A stretch of DNA of 64,000 bases, taken from NCBI GenBank assembly GCA_964016885.1, contig OZ024747.1, positions 74,586,001 through 74,650,000 on the forward strand, written 5' to 3'. Position numbers and translations under genes: made by a program. Each line of letters opens with the position of its first letter. Within the stretch, counting starts at the first letter, position 1. Positions 38,696 to 55,021 of the stretch are shown here, piece after piece. The stretch is from Eledone cirrhosa. Taxonomy: Eukaryota. The notes under the pieces are model-generated. The model made no database searches and had not been told where the DNA came from. It was given only the letters and a program-made list of their open reading frames with translations.

Positions 38696-39510
38696 ATAAT
38701 AATAAATTTGAAGACTAAAATCCAAAGAGGGCTCGATAAGGATAAATATATATCAAATATATAAGAACCGTAGAGCAAATATTTATTAAAATAACAGATT
38801 AAAGTTTAAGCAAAGAATCGCTGCTTTCACCCTTAACGGGATCTTCTGAAACTAAAAAAATTAATCTGTGAACGCAAAAGTGAATATTTCAAAAAACGTT
38901 GCAATCGGAGGAAGACAGGAAGACGATACTTTGGTTCGTGGAAACGTTCCCTGGCAAAGAACGGAAAAAAATGAAGATAATACGTCATTATTTGAAGCAG
39001 TGAAAACAATTACACGCAAAGACAAAACCACGTTTATGGTATAAATGAAGACGTAGACTAATATTATACTAGGTGGTTCGTGGAGACGTTCCCTGGCAAA
39101 GAACGAAAAAAAACAAAGATAATACTGAAGTTGTTACGACTTCAGTTATACCCTAAACGTGGTTTTGTCTTTGCGTGTAATTGTTTTCACCGCTCCAAAT
39201 AATGACGTATTATCTTCGTTTTTTTTTTTTTTCGTTCTTTACCAGGGAACGTTTCCACGAACCAAAGTATCGTCTTCCTGTCTTCCTTCGGTTGCAACGT
39301 TTTTCGAAATATTTACTTTTGCGTTCACAGATTGATTTTTTTTTATTTCAGAAGGTCCCGTTAAGGGTGAAAGCAACGATTCTTTGCTTAAACTTTAATC
39401 TGTTATTTTAATAAATATTTGGTCTACGGTTCTTATATATTTGATATATATTTATCCTTATTGAGCCCTCTTTGAATTTTAGTCTTCAAATTTATTATTA
39501 TTACTATATA
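38690..39510. mobile_element. Long palindromic element (~365-bp arms) flanked by (TA)n, with a hammerhead variant in each arm
   Basis: 38690-39057 is the reverse complement of ~39136-39510 at high identity; the spacer holds a direct copy of 38932-38983. Confidence 0.92.
38803..38853 (-). ncRNA. Hammerhead ribozyme variant with CAGAAGA core; mirror copy at 39345-39394 (+)
   Basis: AGUUU/AAACU stem I; CAGAAGA; CCC-GUUAA-GGG stem II; GAAA; AGCAG../..UUGCU stem III; CUU site. Confidence 0.6.
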
Positions 39511-40598
39511 TATATATATATATATGGTCTTTTGTTTTGTGTGTCTTGTGTTGCTGCCGGGTTGAATGTCCAAATGATCTAGTGACCGTCTGGTGGGTCT
39601 TATTTTGGTGTTTTACATCAGATGACATAAGTACAGTCATGAGTTACGATCAATCATGAGTTACGATCAAATAACCGTATATGTATTGGACACAATATTA
39701 CAAGATTATATATACATACACATATAAATATATATACGTACACATACAGTTAGATATATAGTTGCTGCTACACAACCACACACTTTCACATACAGACATT
39801 CACTAATTTTAGATATACTGTTACACACAAATACGAACGTAAACAGACATTAAAATATTCTTCACACAATCGAGACACGAAGACGTTGTAAAGGGATTTT
39901 ATATTTGATCGTAGAGACAGTGACGTTTCAGATCTTCCATAATTGCACATGCGGAACCGAAAGGTGTGTGTGTTTACACCAGGCCTCAAATCGATGTTAT
40001 TTATACTATGTCCTATTCTGACCCGTAACTTAACAGTACAATAGTTAAAGATTGATAAAATACACAGTTAGATAGATAGACAATTGAGACAGACAAACGT
40101 ACATTCATATAGACTGACACGCAGACACACATATATATATAGAGAGAGAGAGAGAGTGACGCAGCAGATATATATTTAGACAGAGCGAAAGACAGACAGA
40201 TATAAAGAGAGAGGGACAGACAGACAGACAGACAGCTTAGGATTAATTCATCTCCCATTGTGAAAGTTGCATCTATTTTAGAAGTAGTAACCATCTTCAT
40301 TAATTGTTACTAACGGAAGAGACTTGAGTTTCACTTAGACTAAACCAACATGGTTGACGAATATGAAGTTGTCTGTTGGTGTTGTTAAATTTACTGCCGC
40401 CGCCATCACTGTTCCAACTGCTGTTTGCAACTGATGTTCACGTTGTTGTTGTCATCGCTATTGTTTCTTTTTTTCTCTCTTCTTTTTTTTAACTTCACTA
40501 CTTTGTATAATGGCAGATTGTTAATTGAGGCTGACATGTGATGACAAGCTTACTGTATTATGTCGATTCTGCAGCAATGTTATTCATTATTATTAGCA

Positions 40599-40716
40599 AA
40601 TCCCGCCGAGGTTAACTTTGCCTTTCATCCTTATGGGGTCGATAAAATAAAGTACCAGTAATGTACTGGGTATTTGCTGGCCTTGTGCCTAAAGTAGAAA
40701 CAATTATTAGCATTAT

Positions 40717-40748
<32 letters not shown>

Positions 40749-40930
40749 TGTTTCTACTTTTGGCACAAGGCCAGCAATTACCCAGTGCATTACTGGTACT
40801 TTATTTTATCGACCCCGTAAGGATGAAAGGCAAAGTTAACCTCGGCGGGATTTGAACTCAGAATGGCAAGGGCCGTAACTCTGTGTCAAAGCATGGCGTC
40901 CGACCCTCTACCGATACTACCAATCCACTG
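40599..40930. mobile_element. Tail-to-tail pair of SINE A copies (40599-40702 +, with TSD attattagca; 40745-40930 -)
   Basis: Near-consensus copies separated by (AAT)n. Confidence 0.92.
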
Positions 40931-42029
40931 TTAATGGTGGTGCTGATGGTGACGATAATGATGATGATAAAGTGGTGGTGATGATGATAGCAAGAATACT
41001 GTGACATTAACACGTTTGCAGTGTTAGCAACAACATATGGTTCTGCAGTATTGGAGTGGAACGGAACAGATTTAACTAGAAGATTCTACAGAGCGTAATA
41101 CGAGAAATCTGGTAAAAGTCAAAATAACATCAAGTAGTAGTAGAACTCAGAGTTTCACACCCACCGACTGTACATCCTTAGAAGAGAAGTTGATATAAGG
41201 AACTGTTGATTATACGGGATTCTTTTAAGAAGAGAGATATTAATGTTGCCCGATACCTTTTCAATTCACATGAAAACCTCGGCTGTTTTTGTTTTGTTTT
41301 GTTTTGTTTAATAACCGTGTATATAAAACGTAGGAAGTTAATTAACACAACTATATTTTACAAACAAAAGTTGTACAATGTTGGAAAATATTCAAAAAAG
41401 GATAAAAAGAGGGAAGGGGTAAAGAAGAGCAGATCTGGGTGTATTGGAAAGAAGAGGAAAGGACTATAGATGCCATAAATGAGAAGAAAAGAAGGAAAAG
41501 AGAAAGAACTATAGAGAAAGAGGAAACTGGCAACAAAACTCTCACCAAAAAAGGGATTATATTTCCAATGGTTAAAGAAAGGATAACCTTTTTTTTAGAC
41601 CATTGAATCCTTCGTCAGATATTTTATTCTCCATAGACCCCAGACATGTGCAAAATTAAATAAATAAATAGATTAGTAAACAGAATATAGAATATATAGA
41701 GTGTAAAACATTAATGAGAAACTCGTATAAACAAGCTATGTTCTGCATTTCATTTCATATACAATTGTTAGATTTTGGCATATAAGTTTAATCTAACCCC
41801 TGTGTAGTCAAATCAATACCTGCGAGTTGATATTGATCACATCATATCTGGGCTGATATCGACTACTTCATACGTCAAATATACGGAAGTTAATTTTATC
41901 AACAGAATTCTCGCCAGAAACTGAATATTTCGAACGACTAAAGTCTGAAAGCCAAGCAACCATATAAACAGACGTAATAATGGCACACAAGTGAACTGTA
42001 GATGAAAAACTGGGGGTTGTTTGTGGGAT

Positions 42030-42200
42030 AAAATTGACCCGAGTGCATTACTGGTACTTTATTTTAACGACTCCTGTAAGGAAGAAAGGCAAAGCTAACC
42101 TCGGCGAGATTTGAATTCGGAACTTAAAATTACGAAACCATATGCTGCGTGTCAAGCCTGTTGTGTGACGTTCTACCGATACTCCCAATCCACAGCCCTC
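42030..42200 (-). mobile_element. SINE family A
   Basis: Core similarity. Confidence 0.8.
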
Positions 42201-42571
42201 CTTCAAACTAATATATAATGTAATATGAAGCAACATGTTTATATTATATGATCTTATTCGTTGAAGTTTATATCTATGTAAAAAAATGATATATAACAAA
42301 ATAATGAGATATCAATATTCTAATATCATTTTGATATCTCGCTATTCTGTTAAATTTTTTCAGAATCCTATAAAAAAAGCATGTAAGTGCAACAACACAA
42401 TATTCGAGATATAGATATATTTCTTTAGATAACTATGATAACTTGAATTTCAGTTTTGTTATCTATATACTATCTCTGTAGAGACCAATATTGTTATTAA
42501 CACCAACACAAGCGACAACAACTGCAACATCAACAGCCACAGCGGCAAGGACAGTAATACCATCTCCGACA

Positions 42572-42950
42572 ATTGGCAGTATCGGTAGAGGGTCGGACGC
42601 CATGCTTTGAAGCATAGAGTTACCTCCCTTTATGAACTGAGTTCAAATCCCGCCGAGGTTAACTTTGCCTTTCATCCTTACGGGGTCGATAAAATAAAGT
42701 ACCAGTAATACACTGGGGTAATTGCTGGCCTTGTGCCAAAAGTAGAAACAATTATTAACACGGCGGTGGATTGGCAGTATCGGTAGAAGGTCGGACGCTA
42801 TGCATTGACGCATAGTTACGGCCCTTGCCATTCTCAGTTCAAATCCAGCTGAGGTTAACTTTGCCTTTCATCCTTATGGGGTCGATAAAATAAAGTACCA
42901 GTAATGTACTGGGTAATTGCTGGCCTTGTGCCAAAAGTAGAAACAATTAA
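42572..42950 (+). mobile_element. Two tandem near full-length SINE A copies
   Basis: A-box-like TGGCAGTATCGG, B-box GTTCAAATCC, core and agaaacaatta tail, each present twice. Confidence 0.93.
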
Positions 42951-43134
42951 CAAAATCTCCCAACCACAGCACAACACCTCAGGACATGCCACTCCTTCAC
43001 TCGGACATGTGTGGCGAAGGAGACGAAAGTGTGGCCAACTATCTACGGGTGGGTAACAAAGCCCAAGAAAAAGGAACAGAACAAACATAACCCATACAAA
43101 TGTGGATAGGGATAGATAAAATACACAAGGCAAA

Positions 43135-43853
43135 CACCACCACTACCACTACTACCACCACCACCATAACAACCACCACAACCACCACTACCACAACAAC
43201 CACCACAACAACCACCACCATTACCACCACAACAACTACCACTACCACTACCACCACCACAATAACAACCACCACCACCACCACCACAACTACAACCACC
43301 ACCACACAACCACCCACACAACAACAACAACAACGACAACCACCACAATCACCACAATCACCACAACCACCACCACACAACCACCACCACACAACCACCA
43401 CAACAACAACAACCACCACCACAACAACCACCACCACACAACCACCACAATCACCACCATCACAATCACCACCACCACAATCAACAACCACCACCACAAT
43501 CAACAACCACCACCACAATCAACAACCACCACCACAACCACCACCACAATCAACAACCACCACCACAATCAACAAACACCACCACAACCACCACCACCAC
43601 CACCACAATCAACAACCACCACCACCACCACAATCAACAACCACAACCACCACCACCACCACAATCACCAACCACCACCACAATCAACAACCACCACCAC
43701 CACAACCAACAACCACCACCACAACCAACAACCACCACCACTACCACCACCACAATCAACAACCACCACTACCACAACCAACAACCACCACCACAACCAA
43801 CAACCACCACCACTACCACCACCACAATCAACAACCACCACCACAATCAACAA
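43135..43853. repeat. (ACC/ACA)n low-complexity tract
   Basis: Direct inspection. Confidence 0.95.
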
Positions 43854-43994
43854 CATTGTTCTTAAATTAGAAAACATTATTTCAATACTTCGAAGGTTGA
43901 TGAAACTATATTCCAAGTAAAATACTAATGTCGATTTAATCGACTTTCCCTTCCTCAAAGAAGCTGGTCTTGTGCCTGAATCAGGAACCACCAT

Positions 43995-44215
43995 GTGTAT
44001 TGGCAGAGTCTTTAGAGCGTGAGCCAAAATGTTTTGGAGCATTTAATCACAGCCCTTTACTTTCTGCGTTCAAATCTCGCTGATGTTAGCTTTGCCTTTC
44101 ATCCTTACGGCGATCGATAATATAAAGTACCAGTAATGCGCTGGGGTTGAATTAATCGTCTTTCCCTTCCCCCACCATGATTGCTGTCCTCGGGTCTAAA
44201 TCAGAAAGTATTATC
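43995..44215 (+). mobile_element. SINE family A (long-tail variant); further copies at 44695-44885 (-), 57608-57745 (+) and 62968-63032 (+)
   Basis: Core gcctttcatcct..cgataa..aagtaccag. Confidence 0.82.
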
Positions 44216-46892
44216 ATCTTACTTCCAACGCCCTACATATAGGTCATCCCAAGTAACAAATAAAGTCGTGTGTCTTTTATATATGACAGCCCATGTAACA
44301 AACTTACTCATAATGGAAGAAAGCTTCGAGCAAAAATTAATTTCTTTTGGATGGTAAATTAGAATAGAAAACGCATCTAAGGAGACAAAACATTGCTAGA
44401 ATACATGAATTTACAATAGCGCCCAGAAAAAGGAAATAATGTACAATAAAAATAGTATAAAAATCAATAAATGACTATTGAAGTAAAGAAGAAAAAATAT
44501 TGCAACAAGAAGTGGCGAAGATATGAAGAAAAAACAATAAACAGAAATACTGAAGAATAATTTCTTCAAAGAGAATAAAAGAAAAGCTTTCTGTTGAGAA
44601 GAAAGTGAAAAGATGAAAACATAAGAAGTGTTGTGAAGACGAAAGTTATAAATAGACAAAAAATAAAGATTATTCTAAATTATGATTTTTAATCTATGTA
44701 CAAGACCAGTAATTTGTGGTGGAAGAGAAAAGACGATTATATTCATCTCAGTATATGACTGGTATCTTACTTTATCGACCTTTGATGGAAGGATGAAAGA
44801 TAAAGTTAACCTCAGCGGGATTTGAGCTCCGTAAAGATCTTGTTCAAAAACCACCAAACATTTGACCGACACTCTAGTCCACCTTTCTATAAAAAATAGT
44901 TTTGATATTGGCATGGACTTTCGTATTTAAACGTAGACTGCCATACATTTAGAAGAACGGAAAAATTAATTACTCATGACTGGTACATATTTTATCGAAC
45001 ACACAAGGGGAAAGACAAATGCAAATTCGACGGGATTTGTGTAAAATGTAACTAAATATCTCTAAGTATTTTCAGATAAACTAGAAATTGTCAGCATATT
45101 TTTAAAGCAATTTATAGAAAATATAGTGAAATCGTATAAGGATATTTACTTTAGATAATAATTGTTTCTACTTTTGGCACAAGGATAGATCCAGCTGCTA
45201 GTAATAGATTAAACATTATGATATATGCTGATGGGACATTAAGACAAATAATATACTTACGAGATAGCAAATGCATAATGCAAAAGCTAATTTACAGCAG
45301 GTATATTAACAAAATATATATATCTTACATAACTGAAGCTATTCTAAATTAATAGAACACACAATTAAAAGTAGTATTTATATTTCGAAATAATGAAATA
45401 TATAATGAAATATATGACAGGAGCAATATATAATTAGACACATTGACAGTAGAAGTGGCAGCAGATATTACTTTTAGTAATATAGGAGGGAGGGGCAGTG
45501 CCCATGGCTTTAACAAACCCACCAAAACTGGAGAGTGTGATGCCGTTATTGTTCGCTAAAACTGTTGCAATTCGTCTCCTTTCTGAAGAGACGAGAGCAG
45601 GGATCAAGTTCTAGTAGACTGGTGTTCAGGGTAGAAAGGATTTAGGTTGAAGTTCTGTCTATGAGAGACTTTCAGCATAGCCTCAACCTGTCGACAGCAA
45701 CGACATTAACAACTGCAATATTAATACCAACTATAACAAAAATGACAAAGGTAAACTTTAATTCCTATAGTATATATACTTGTAAAACTAACTAAATACC
45801 AATACTGTTCATCCAAATGATTGCACCATTTGTCGAATTCTTTTCTAAAATAGTAAGCTGTTTTCTTATTGGTTGTTCAGCATTTCTTTTGTCACGAGGG
45901 AAGAAAGTCTCGTTTGGAACTTATTCTTTCGTTAATAAATATGAAACACCACATTTTTTTGGTTTTTTCCTTAATATTCGTTTAATTATATATCAGATAG
46001 AAAGTTTACTTATATCCATATACTGCTACTGTTTCTATTTTTTGTACTTCTTCGGTACAGAATAAGAAGGGAACGTTTAGATTTCCATTACATGTATTGA
46101 ATTTATTAAAGGTTAACGAAGAAAGGTATAAAAATAGTTTCTAAAATATATTTTTGATGTTCTCTTCTAGAAGAATAATAATAATGGCCTTTTAAGCTTA
46201 GATTCAGCGTTTTGAGAAAAGATATTTTGTGGTGTACGTATCAAAGCGATCTCTCATCTTTTGGCAGGTTTAATGAACATCATAGCCTTTTTCAACACTG
46301 TTATTTCATGAGAAATTCCCTCATCTCTCTTAAGACTCTTATATAGATCACTACCAGATATGTAAACCTAAATACTTTCATCTTAAATGTTTTAGTTCCT
46401 CGTTTATTCCAACTTCACTTTTTTTTTTTCATTTTACCATATTTTCTGTATCATCAAAGGAATTATTCCTTACAACCATTCCAAATATCTATTTATATTT
46501 TATTTCAAAAGAGGATTTTTTTCCTTTCCGTCAGGTTTCTTCGAAATCCCTGGTGTAAAGAGCCAGGCAACATTTATCAGATTTCAGATGTGCATAAACT
46601 TGAAAGTTTCTAAAACTATTGCATGATAAAATGGATTTATAGCAATTAAGACGTATTTTATTTCTTTCGCCTTGTTTCTCGTGCCCGATCAAAAACTTAC
46701 GGAAGGCTTTAATGAGAATGTTCTAGTGCTTTTGAAATTTTATTTTAATCTATTGTCATTTCATTTTCATTTTTTAACTCACGACAAAAAATTAACCGCA
46801 CCTGTTCACCCCAAAGTGGGGAACTTGTGCAAAATTAGTAATTACTTGAATTTAAGATTACTTAGTCTGGTCTACACCTTTTACTTAGAATA

Positions 46893-47155
46893 AATTTTCG
46901 CTTCGTGCGGAAAAGTGACTAAAGCAGCCAATGTGGGTATTTAAGCAGTGTTTCTTTGAAGCCAGTTTTGAGAGTATATTCCACTTTTCCGAGTTACATT
47001 CCCGGCAAAATTTCGACCCATTAACATTGGGGTGGATGTTCTAATATACACCATTTAATGGGAATAGGTGTGCCGTTATTTTTAAGGCTCCACACATGGT
47101 TTGCGAGCTGTGTGGCATGTCTTTTGTCGGGATATCTGAAGGTAGTTTCGTAGTT
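46893..47155 (-). pseudogene. Second PLE GIY-YIG C-terminal remnant (different lineage from 8544-9622)
   Basis: NYETTFRYPDKRHATQLANHVWSLKNNGTPIPIKWCILE, then after a frameshift GSKFCRECNSEKWNIL..CLN, matching the T.LS.HIW.LK..I.W.I..C..C..EK..I..LN pattern. Confidence 0.8.
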
Positions 47156-47650
47156 ACACTATCTAAAACTTTTGTATATTTATAACTAAATTCGAAATTA
47201 CCTGCCCTTGAAGGACTCTTGCGTGGTTTCTAGAAACCTCAAATCAACCCGTGAAGGTAGCCATTTTCTTTTTATATAACTGGCTGAATTAGTTTGGATG
47301 TATAACCCAACGAAACCTAAGTACCTGTATATGTCACTGTTGTAACTAATTATACTTAACTCGTCCTATGGACTAAGTGCTCTAATTACAGTGTGTATAT
47401 ATATATAATATATATAAATATAAATGCACGCACACACATATATATATATATACGTATTTTTATCTATATGTATATACGTACACACACACACATATTATAT
47501 ATGTTTGTATGTATGTATAACGAGACCAATAAAAATGATTATTTTTCTCGATAATTGGAATGTTTTACGTATATATATATATATGTGTGTGTATATGTGT
47601 CTATATATATGTATATATATGTATGTGTGTGTGTGTGGGTGTGTGTGTGG

Positions 47651-47697
<47 letters not shown>

Positions 47698-48298
47698 TAT
47701 AAATATATACATACAAAATCGTTACTATTATGTCGCTGTGCCGCCCCAACACTCCCTCGTTGTTTTCTCTGAGTTTTCTACAATTATTCTATATTTTCTA
47801 GTTTATTAGCCTTATTATTATAATATTTTTCCATAGTCTTCTATTTATGTTATCAGGAAGGAGCAGATTAGTATAGAGTAGTAAACAAGAGATGGAGACA
47901 TCTACAGAGACAATAGTGTGGTGAGCTGAAGCACTTGTGGCTTACATACGATAACATTCTATTTTTGGAGAAGCTAGTTTAGTTTTTACACACACACACA
48001 CACGCACGCACGCACGCACGTACGCACGTACGTGTGGGCAGTTACGTATGCATTTTTAAATGTGTCTGTGGTTATGTATGCATGTATTTTATGTATATAT
48101 GTTTGTGTATGTATGTATTTAACTATCTAACTAGCTAGCTAGTGTCTATCTATATCTATCTATCTATATATATATAGGCGTATGTATATATATATTTGTA
48201 TATTTACATACATGCACGTAAAGATATATTTGCATCTGTTTGTGTATGTATATATATATATATATATACACGTATATATATAGGCGTATGTATGTACG

Positions 48299-48338
<40 letters not shown>

Positions 48339-48463
48339 TATGTATGTACGTATATATATATATATATAGGTGTATGTACGTATATATATATATATATATA
48401 TACGTATATAGGTATGTATGTACGTATATATATATATATATATATATATAGGTATGTATGTAC

Positions 48464-48516
<53 letters not shown>

Positions 48517-48695
48517 TAGGTATGTATGTACGTATATATATATATATATATATATATAGGTGTATGTATGTACGTATATATATATATATATATATATAGG
48601 TGTATGTATGTATGTATGTATGTATGTATGTACGTATATATATATACATAGGCGTATGTATGTATATATATATATATAAATATAATGGCGTATGT

Positions 48696-48730
<35 letters not shown>

Positions 48731-49707
48731 TAATGGCGTATGTACGTATATATATATTTGTATATTTACATACAGGCACGTAAAGATATATTTACAACTG
48801 TGTGTTTATATATATAAAGTCTGCCATGTATCTATTCATATATATACATTATATATATTTATTTATATATATATATGTGTGTGTGTAATCATGTATGTAT
48901 ATATGAATATATCTATTCATATATATACATTATATATATTTTTATGATTGCCTATTGTTGCAATTACTATAGGTTACTCCTGATTATTTATTTGAATAAA
49001 ATATTAGTTTATATCGACAGTTACATCCAGTGTGTATACAGGTATCTATATTTGTGAATGATATATATATATATAGTGTTTGTGTGACTGATAGGGGAGT
49101 GGAGTACTTAGATATTTACACGCACACACCCACAGATATATATTTATATATATATATCTATATATACGTACATGTGTTTCTGTAAATATACATACGCATG
49201 TATGTATACGTATAAGTATATACGTATGTATACGTTTATATGTATATATATGTACATATATATATATGTATATATATGTATATATGCATATATAAATATG
49301 TATATATGCATATATATATGTATATATGCATATATATATGTATATATGCATATATAAATGTATATATGCATAAATATATATGTATATATGCATGTATATC
49401 TGCATATGGGTATATATGCATATATATGTGTATATATGCATATGTATATATGCATATATGTGTGTATATATGCATATATATGTGTATATATGCATATATA
49501 TGTGTACATATGCATGATATATATGTATATATGTATATATGCATATATATATATGTATATATGCATATATATATATGTATATATGCATATATATATATGT
49601 ATATATATGCATATGTATATATCTATATATATGCATATGTATATATGTATATATATGCATATATATATATATGCATATATATATATAGGCATATATGCAT
49701 ATATATA

Positions 49708-49771
<64 letters not shown>

Positions 49772-49806
49772 TATTTATATATATATATATATATAAATAT
49801 ATTTAC

Positions 49807-49837
<31 letters not shown>

Positions 49838-49842
49838 AATAT

Positions 49843-49955
<113 letters not shown>

Positions 49956-50102
49956 AATATATAAATATATATATATACAAATATATATATATATATACAT
50001 TTATATACATATATATATATACATATATATATATACATATATATATATACATATATATATATACATATATATATATACATATATATATACATATATATAT
50101 AC

Positions 50103-50137
<35 letters not shown>

Positions 50138-50138
50138 C

Positions 50139-50343
<205 letters not shown>

Positions 50344-50360
50344 TATATACATATATATAC

Positions 50361-50433
<73 letters not shown>

Positions 50434-50450
50434 TATATACATATATATAC

Positions 50451-50497
<47 letters not shown>

Positions 50498-50515
50498 TAT
50501 ATACATATACATATA

Positions 50516-50547
<32 letters not shown>

Positions 50548-50560
50548 CATATATATATAC

Positions 50561-50949
<389 letters not shown>

Positions 50950-50973
50950 TATATATATATATATATATGCATA

Positions 50974-51057
<84 letters not shown>

Positions 51058-51073
51058 TACATATATATTTATA

Positions 51074-51135
<62 letters not shown>

Positions 51136-51147
51136 TATTTATATATA

Positions 51148-51331
<184 letters not shown>

Positions 51332-51346
51332 CATATATATATATAT

Positions 51347-51676
<330 letters not shown>

Positions 51677-51719
51677 CATATATATATATACATATATATA
51701 TATACATATATATATATAC

Positions 51720-51764
<45 letters not shown>

Positions 51765-51793
51765 CATATATATATATACATATATATATATAC

Positions 51794-51824
<31 letters not shown>

Positions 51825-51825
51825 C

Positions 51826-51902
<77 letters not shown>

Positions 51903-51914
51903 CATATATATACA

Positions 51915-52405
<491 letters not shown>

Positions 52406-52428
52406 GCATATATATATATATATATGCA

Positions 52429-52529
<101 letters not shown>

Positions 52530-52891
52530 GCATATATATATATATATATGCATATATGCATATATATATATATATATGCATATATATATATATATATGCA
52601 TATATATATATGCATATATGCATATATATATATATATATGCATATATATATATATATATATATGCATATATATATATATATATATATGCATATATGCATA
52701 TATATATATGCATATATGCATATATATATATGTATATATATATGTATATATGCATATATATATATGTATATATATATGCATATATGCATATATATATATG
52801 TAGTCTAGACTGCTAGACTAAACCTCTTCAAATGAAGTTGATGTTTATTACGGTATGTCGAATATATTTATCTATAAAACTGTTTATATTG

Positions 52892-52957
52892 TATTTTGTC
52901 TGATGAAGGCATAGCATATTGTTAATATGATATCCCCGAAATATATATAATGAAATA
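52892..52957 (+). ncRNA. Type I hammerhead ribozyme in a ~200-bp island (52800-53000)
   Basis: UAUUUUGU/AUGAAAUA; CUGAUGA 52900-52906; stem II with cauauu/aauaug; GAAA; AUAUAUAU palindrome; AUA site. Confidence 0.8.
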
Positions 52958-53090
52958 GATATGGTTTTATAAATATAGTTTTCCATTTATTTAATATTGT
53001 ATATATGCATATATATATATATATGCATATATATATATATATATGCATATATATATATATGCATATATATATATGCATATATGTATATAT

Positions 53091-53407
53091 ATATTGTTAT
53101 ACTTTGGGAGGGTCATGTTGCCAATAAGAAACACACGCACCAGTTGCTTTCACTTCAATTTATTATATATTTATAAATTTATAAATTTACAAATCTACAA
53201 ACTTATAAATTTCTGGTTGGTTGGTTGGTTTCCACAACCAGATAGTTGTTTTATATATAGTCATGTCCTTTCGTCACACACTCTGTGACCTCTTCAGTGA
53301 CTGGGATTCCTTTCTTGTTTCTGTGCCTTTCCTTTCTTCTGAAGTGAAAGCAACTGGTACGTGTGTTTCTTATTGGCAACATGACCCCTCCCAAAGTATA
53401 ACAATAT
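53091..53407. mobile_element. Element with ~67-bp inverted ends and an internal atypical hammerhead (53259-53302, minus); related end at 8033-8060
   Basis: 53091-53157 vs 53340-53407; AGUCA-CUGAAGA-gucaca/ugugac-GAAA-ggaca-UGACU lacks the canonical UH. Confidence 0.8.
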
Positions 53408-53639
53408 CGGTTTCAACACACGATTTCAGATAAAGAATCTTGCTAAACAAATTCAGAACGAAATGTATATATATATATATGCATATATGTATATATATAT
53501 ATATGCATATATATATATGCATATATGTATATATATATATATGAATATATATATATATGCATATATATATATATATATATATGCATATATATATATATAT
53601 GCATATATGTATATATATATATACATGCATATATATATA

Positions 53640-53701
<62 letters not shown>

Positions 53702-53708
53702 TATATGT

Positions 53709-54260
53709 ATCATAAAACATGTCTATAGAATCACCAGATAAAATATATACCGTTTCCTCTCCCAATTAGCATAATTAACCATATAAATAATCGATTAGAC
53801 CAAGCTATAAGAATAAAGGCTTCTATGAAGAAATTTCCGACAAATAACCGAAAGCAGCCCTTCGCGACGGTTGCCACGGAGTATTTATCGAGTATTTAGA
53901 CAGCGTGTATTAATCGACCAGATATACAGTTAATTAAACAGAATTAGATGTAAAATAAACTAGGAGAAAAGTGAACATATTTAGTTACCTCTACCATGGT
54001 TTCGTCCGCATTTTAAGATATCCGATAACATTGGACATCTGGAGCACCGGACTCTTCAGAAGTTAGCTCAAATTTAAACAATCAATATTCCAAAGTGATC
54101 GCGCCAAGAATACATTCAAAAATGGCTAAGAATCGTGAAGTGGCAGCGGTCATGTTAGAAAGAATGTGATTAGTTGCTTACGGCTGGTGGCCTTTTGCTA
54201 GAAAGCGCAGCCCAATACAGCCAAAATTGTATCTCAACCTAACGGGAGATTATTACATAT
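53709..54260 (-). mobile_element. Homologue of the 38109-38662 module; partial direct repeat of its end at 54372-54399
   Basis: Collinear similarity; tcataaaacatgtct.tagaatcacca occurs twice. Confidence 0.88.
53983..54068 (-). ncRNA. Type I hammerhead ribozyme
   Basis: CUGAAGA; GUCCG/CGGAC stem II with apical agaugucc/ggauaucu; GAAA; ACCAUGGU; GUA site; 9-bp stem I with 2 mismatches. Confidence 0.8.
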
Positions 54261-54273
54261 AAAGGTTTACTAC

Positions 54274-54309
<36 letters not shown>

Positions 54310-54445
54310 TTTGCAACGGGTTACTTTGTGGCTCAATGAAGAGTTAATAAATTAAATAATCAGAGCTATATATCATAAAACATGTCTCTAGAATCACCAT
54401 ATATGTATATATATGTATATATATGTATATATGTATATATATGCA

Positions 54446-54495
<50 letters not shown>

Positions 54496-54550
54496 TATAT
54501 ATATATGCATATATATATATATGCATATATGTATATATATATATATGCAA

Positions 54551-54581
<31 letters not shown>

Positions 54582-54717
54582 TGCAAATATATATATATGT
54601 ATATATATATATATATGCAAATATATATATATGTATATATATATATATATGCATATATATATATATATATATATATATTGGCATATATAGATGCATATAT
54701 ATGTATGCACATATATA

Positions 54718-54769
<52 letters not shown>

Positions 54770-54813
54770 TATATATATATATATGTATACTTATATATAT
54801 GCATATATATATA

Positions 54814-54861
<48 letters not shown>

Positions 54862-54871
54862 TATATATATA

Positions 54872-54913
<42 letters not shown>

Positions 54914-54923
54914 TATATATATA

Positions 54924-54961
<38 letters not shown>

Positions 54962-54985
54962 TATATATATATGCATATATATATA

Positions 54986-55021
<36 letters not shown>

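Noticed and set aside
42760-42850. tRNA gene (A/B boxes)
   Set aside because: SINE head; does not fold as a cloverleaf and is followed by the SINE core and tail
43100-43870. Mucin-like Thr/Pro/His ORF (256 aa)
   Set aside because: (ACC/ACA)n tract open in several frames, between SINEs, with no signal peptide or splice support
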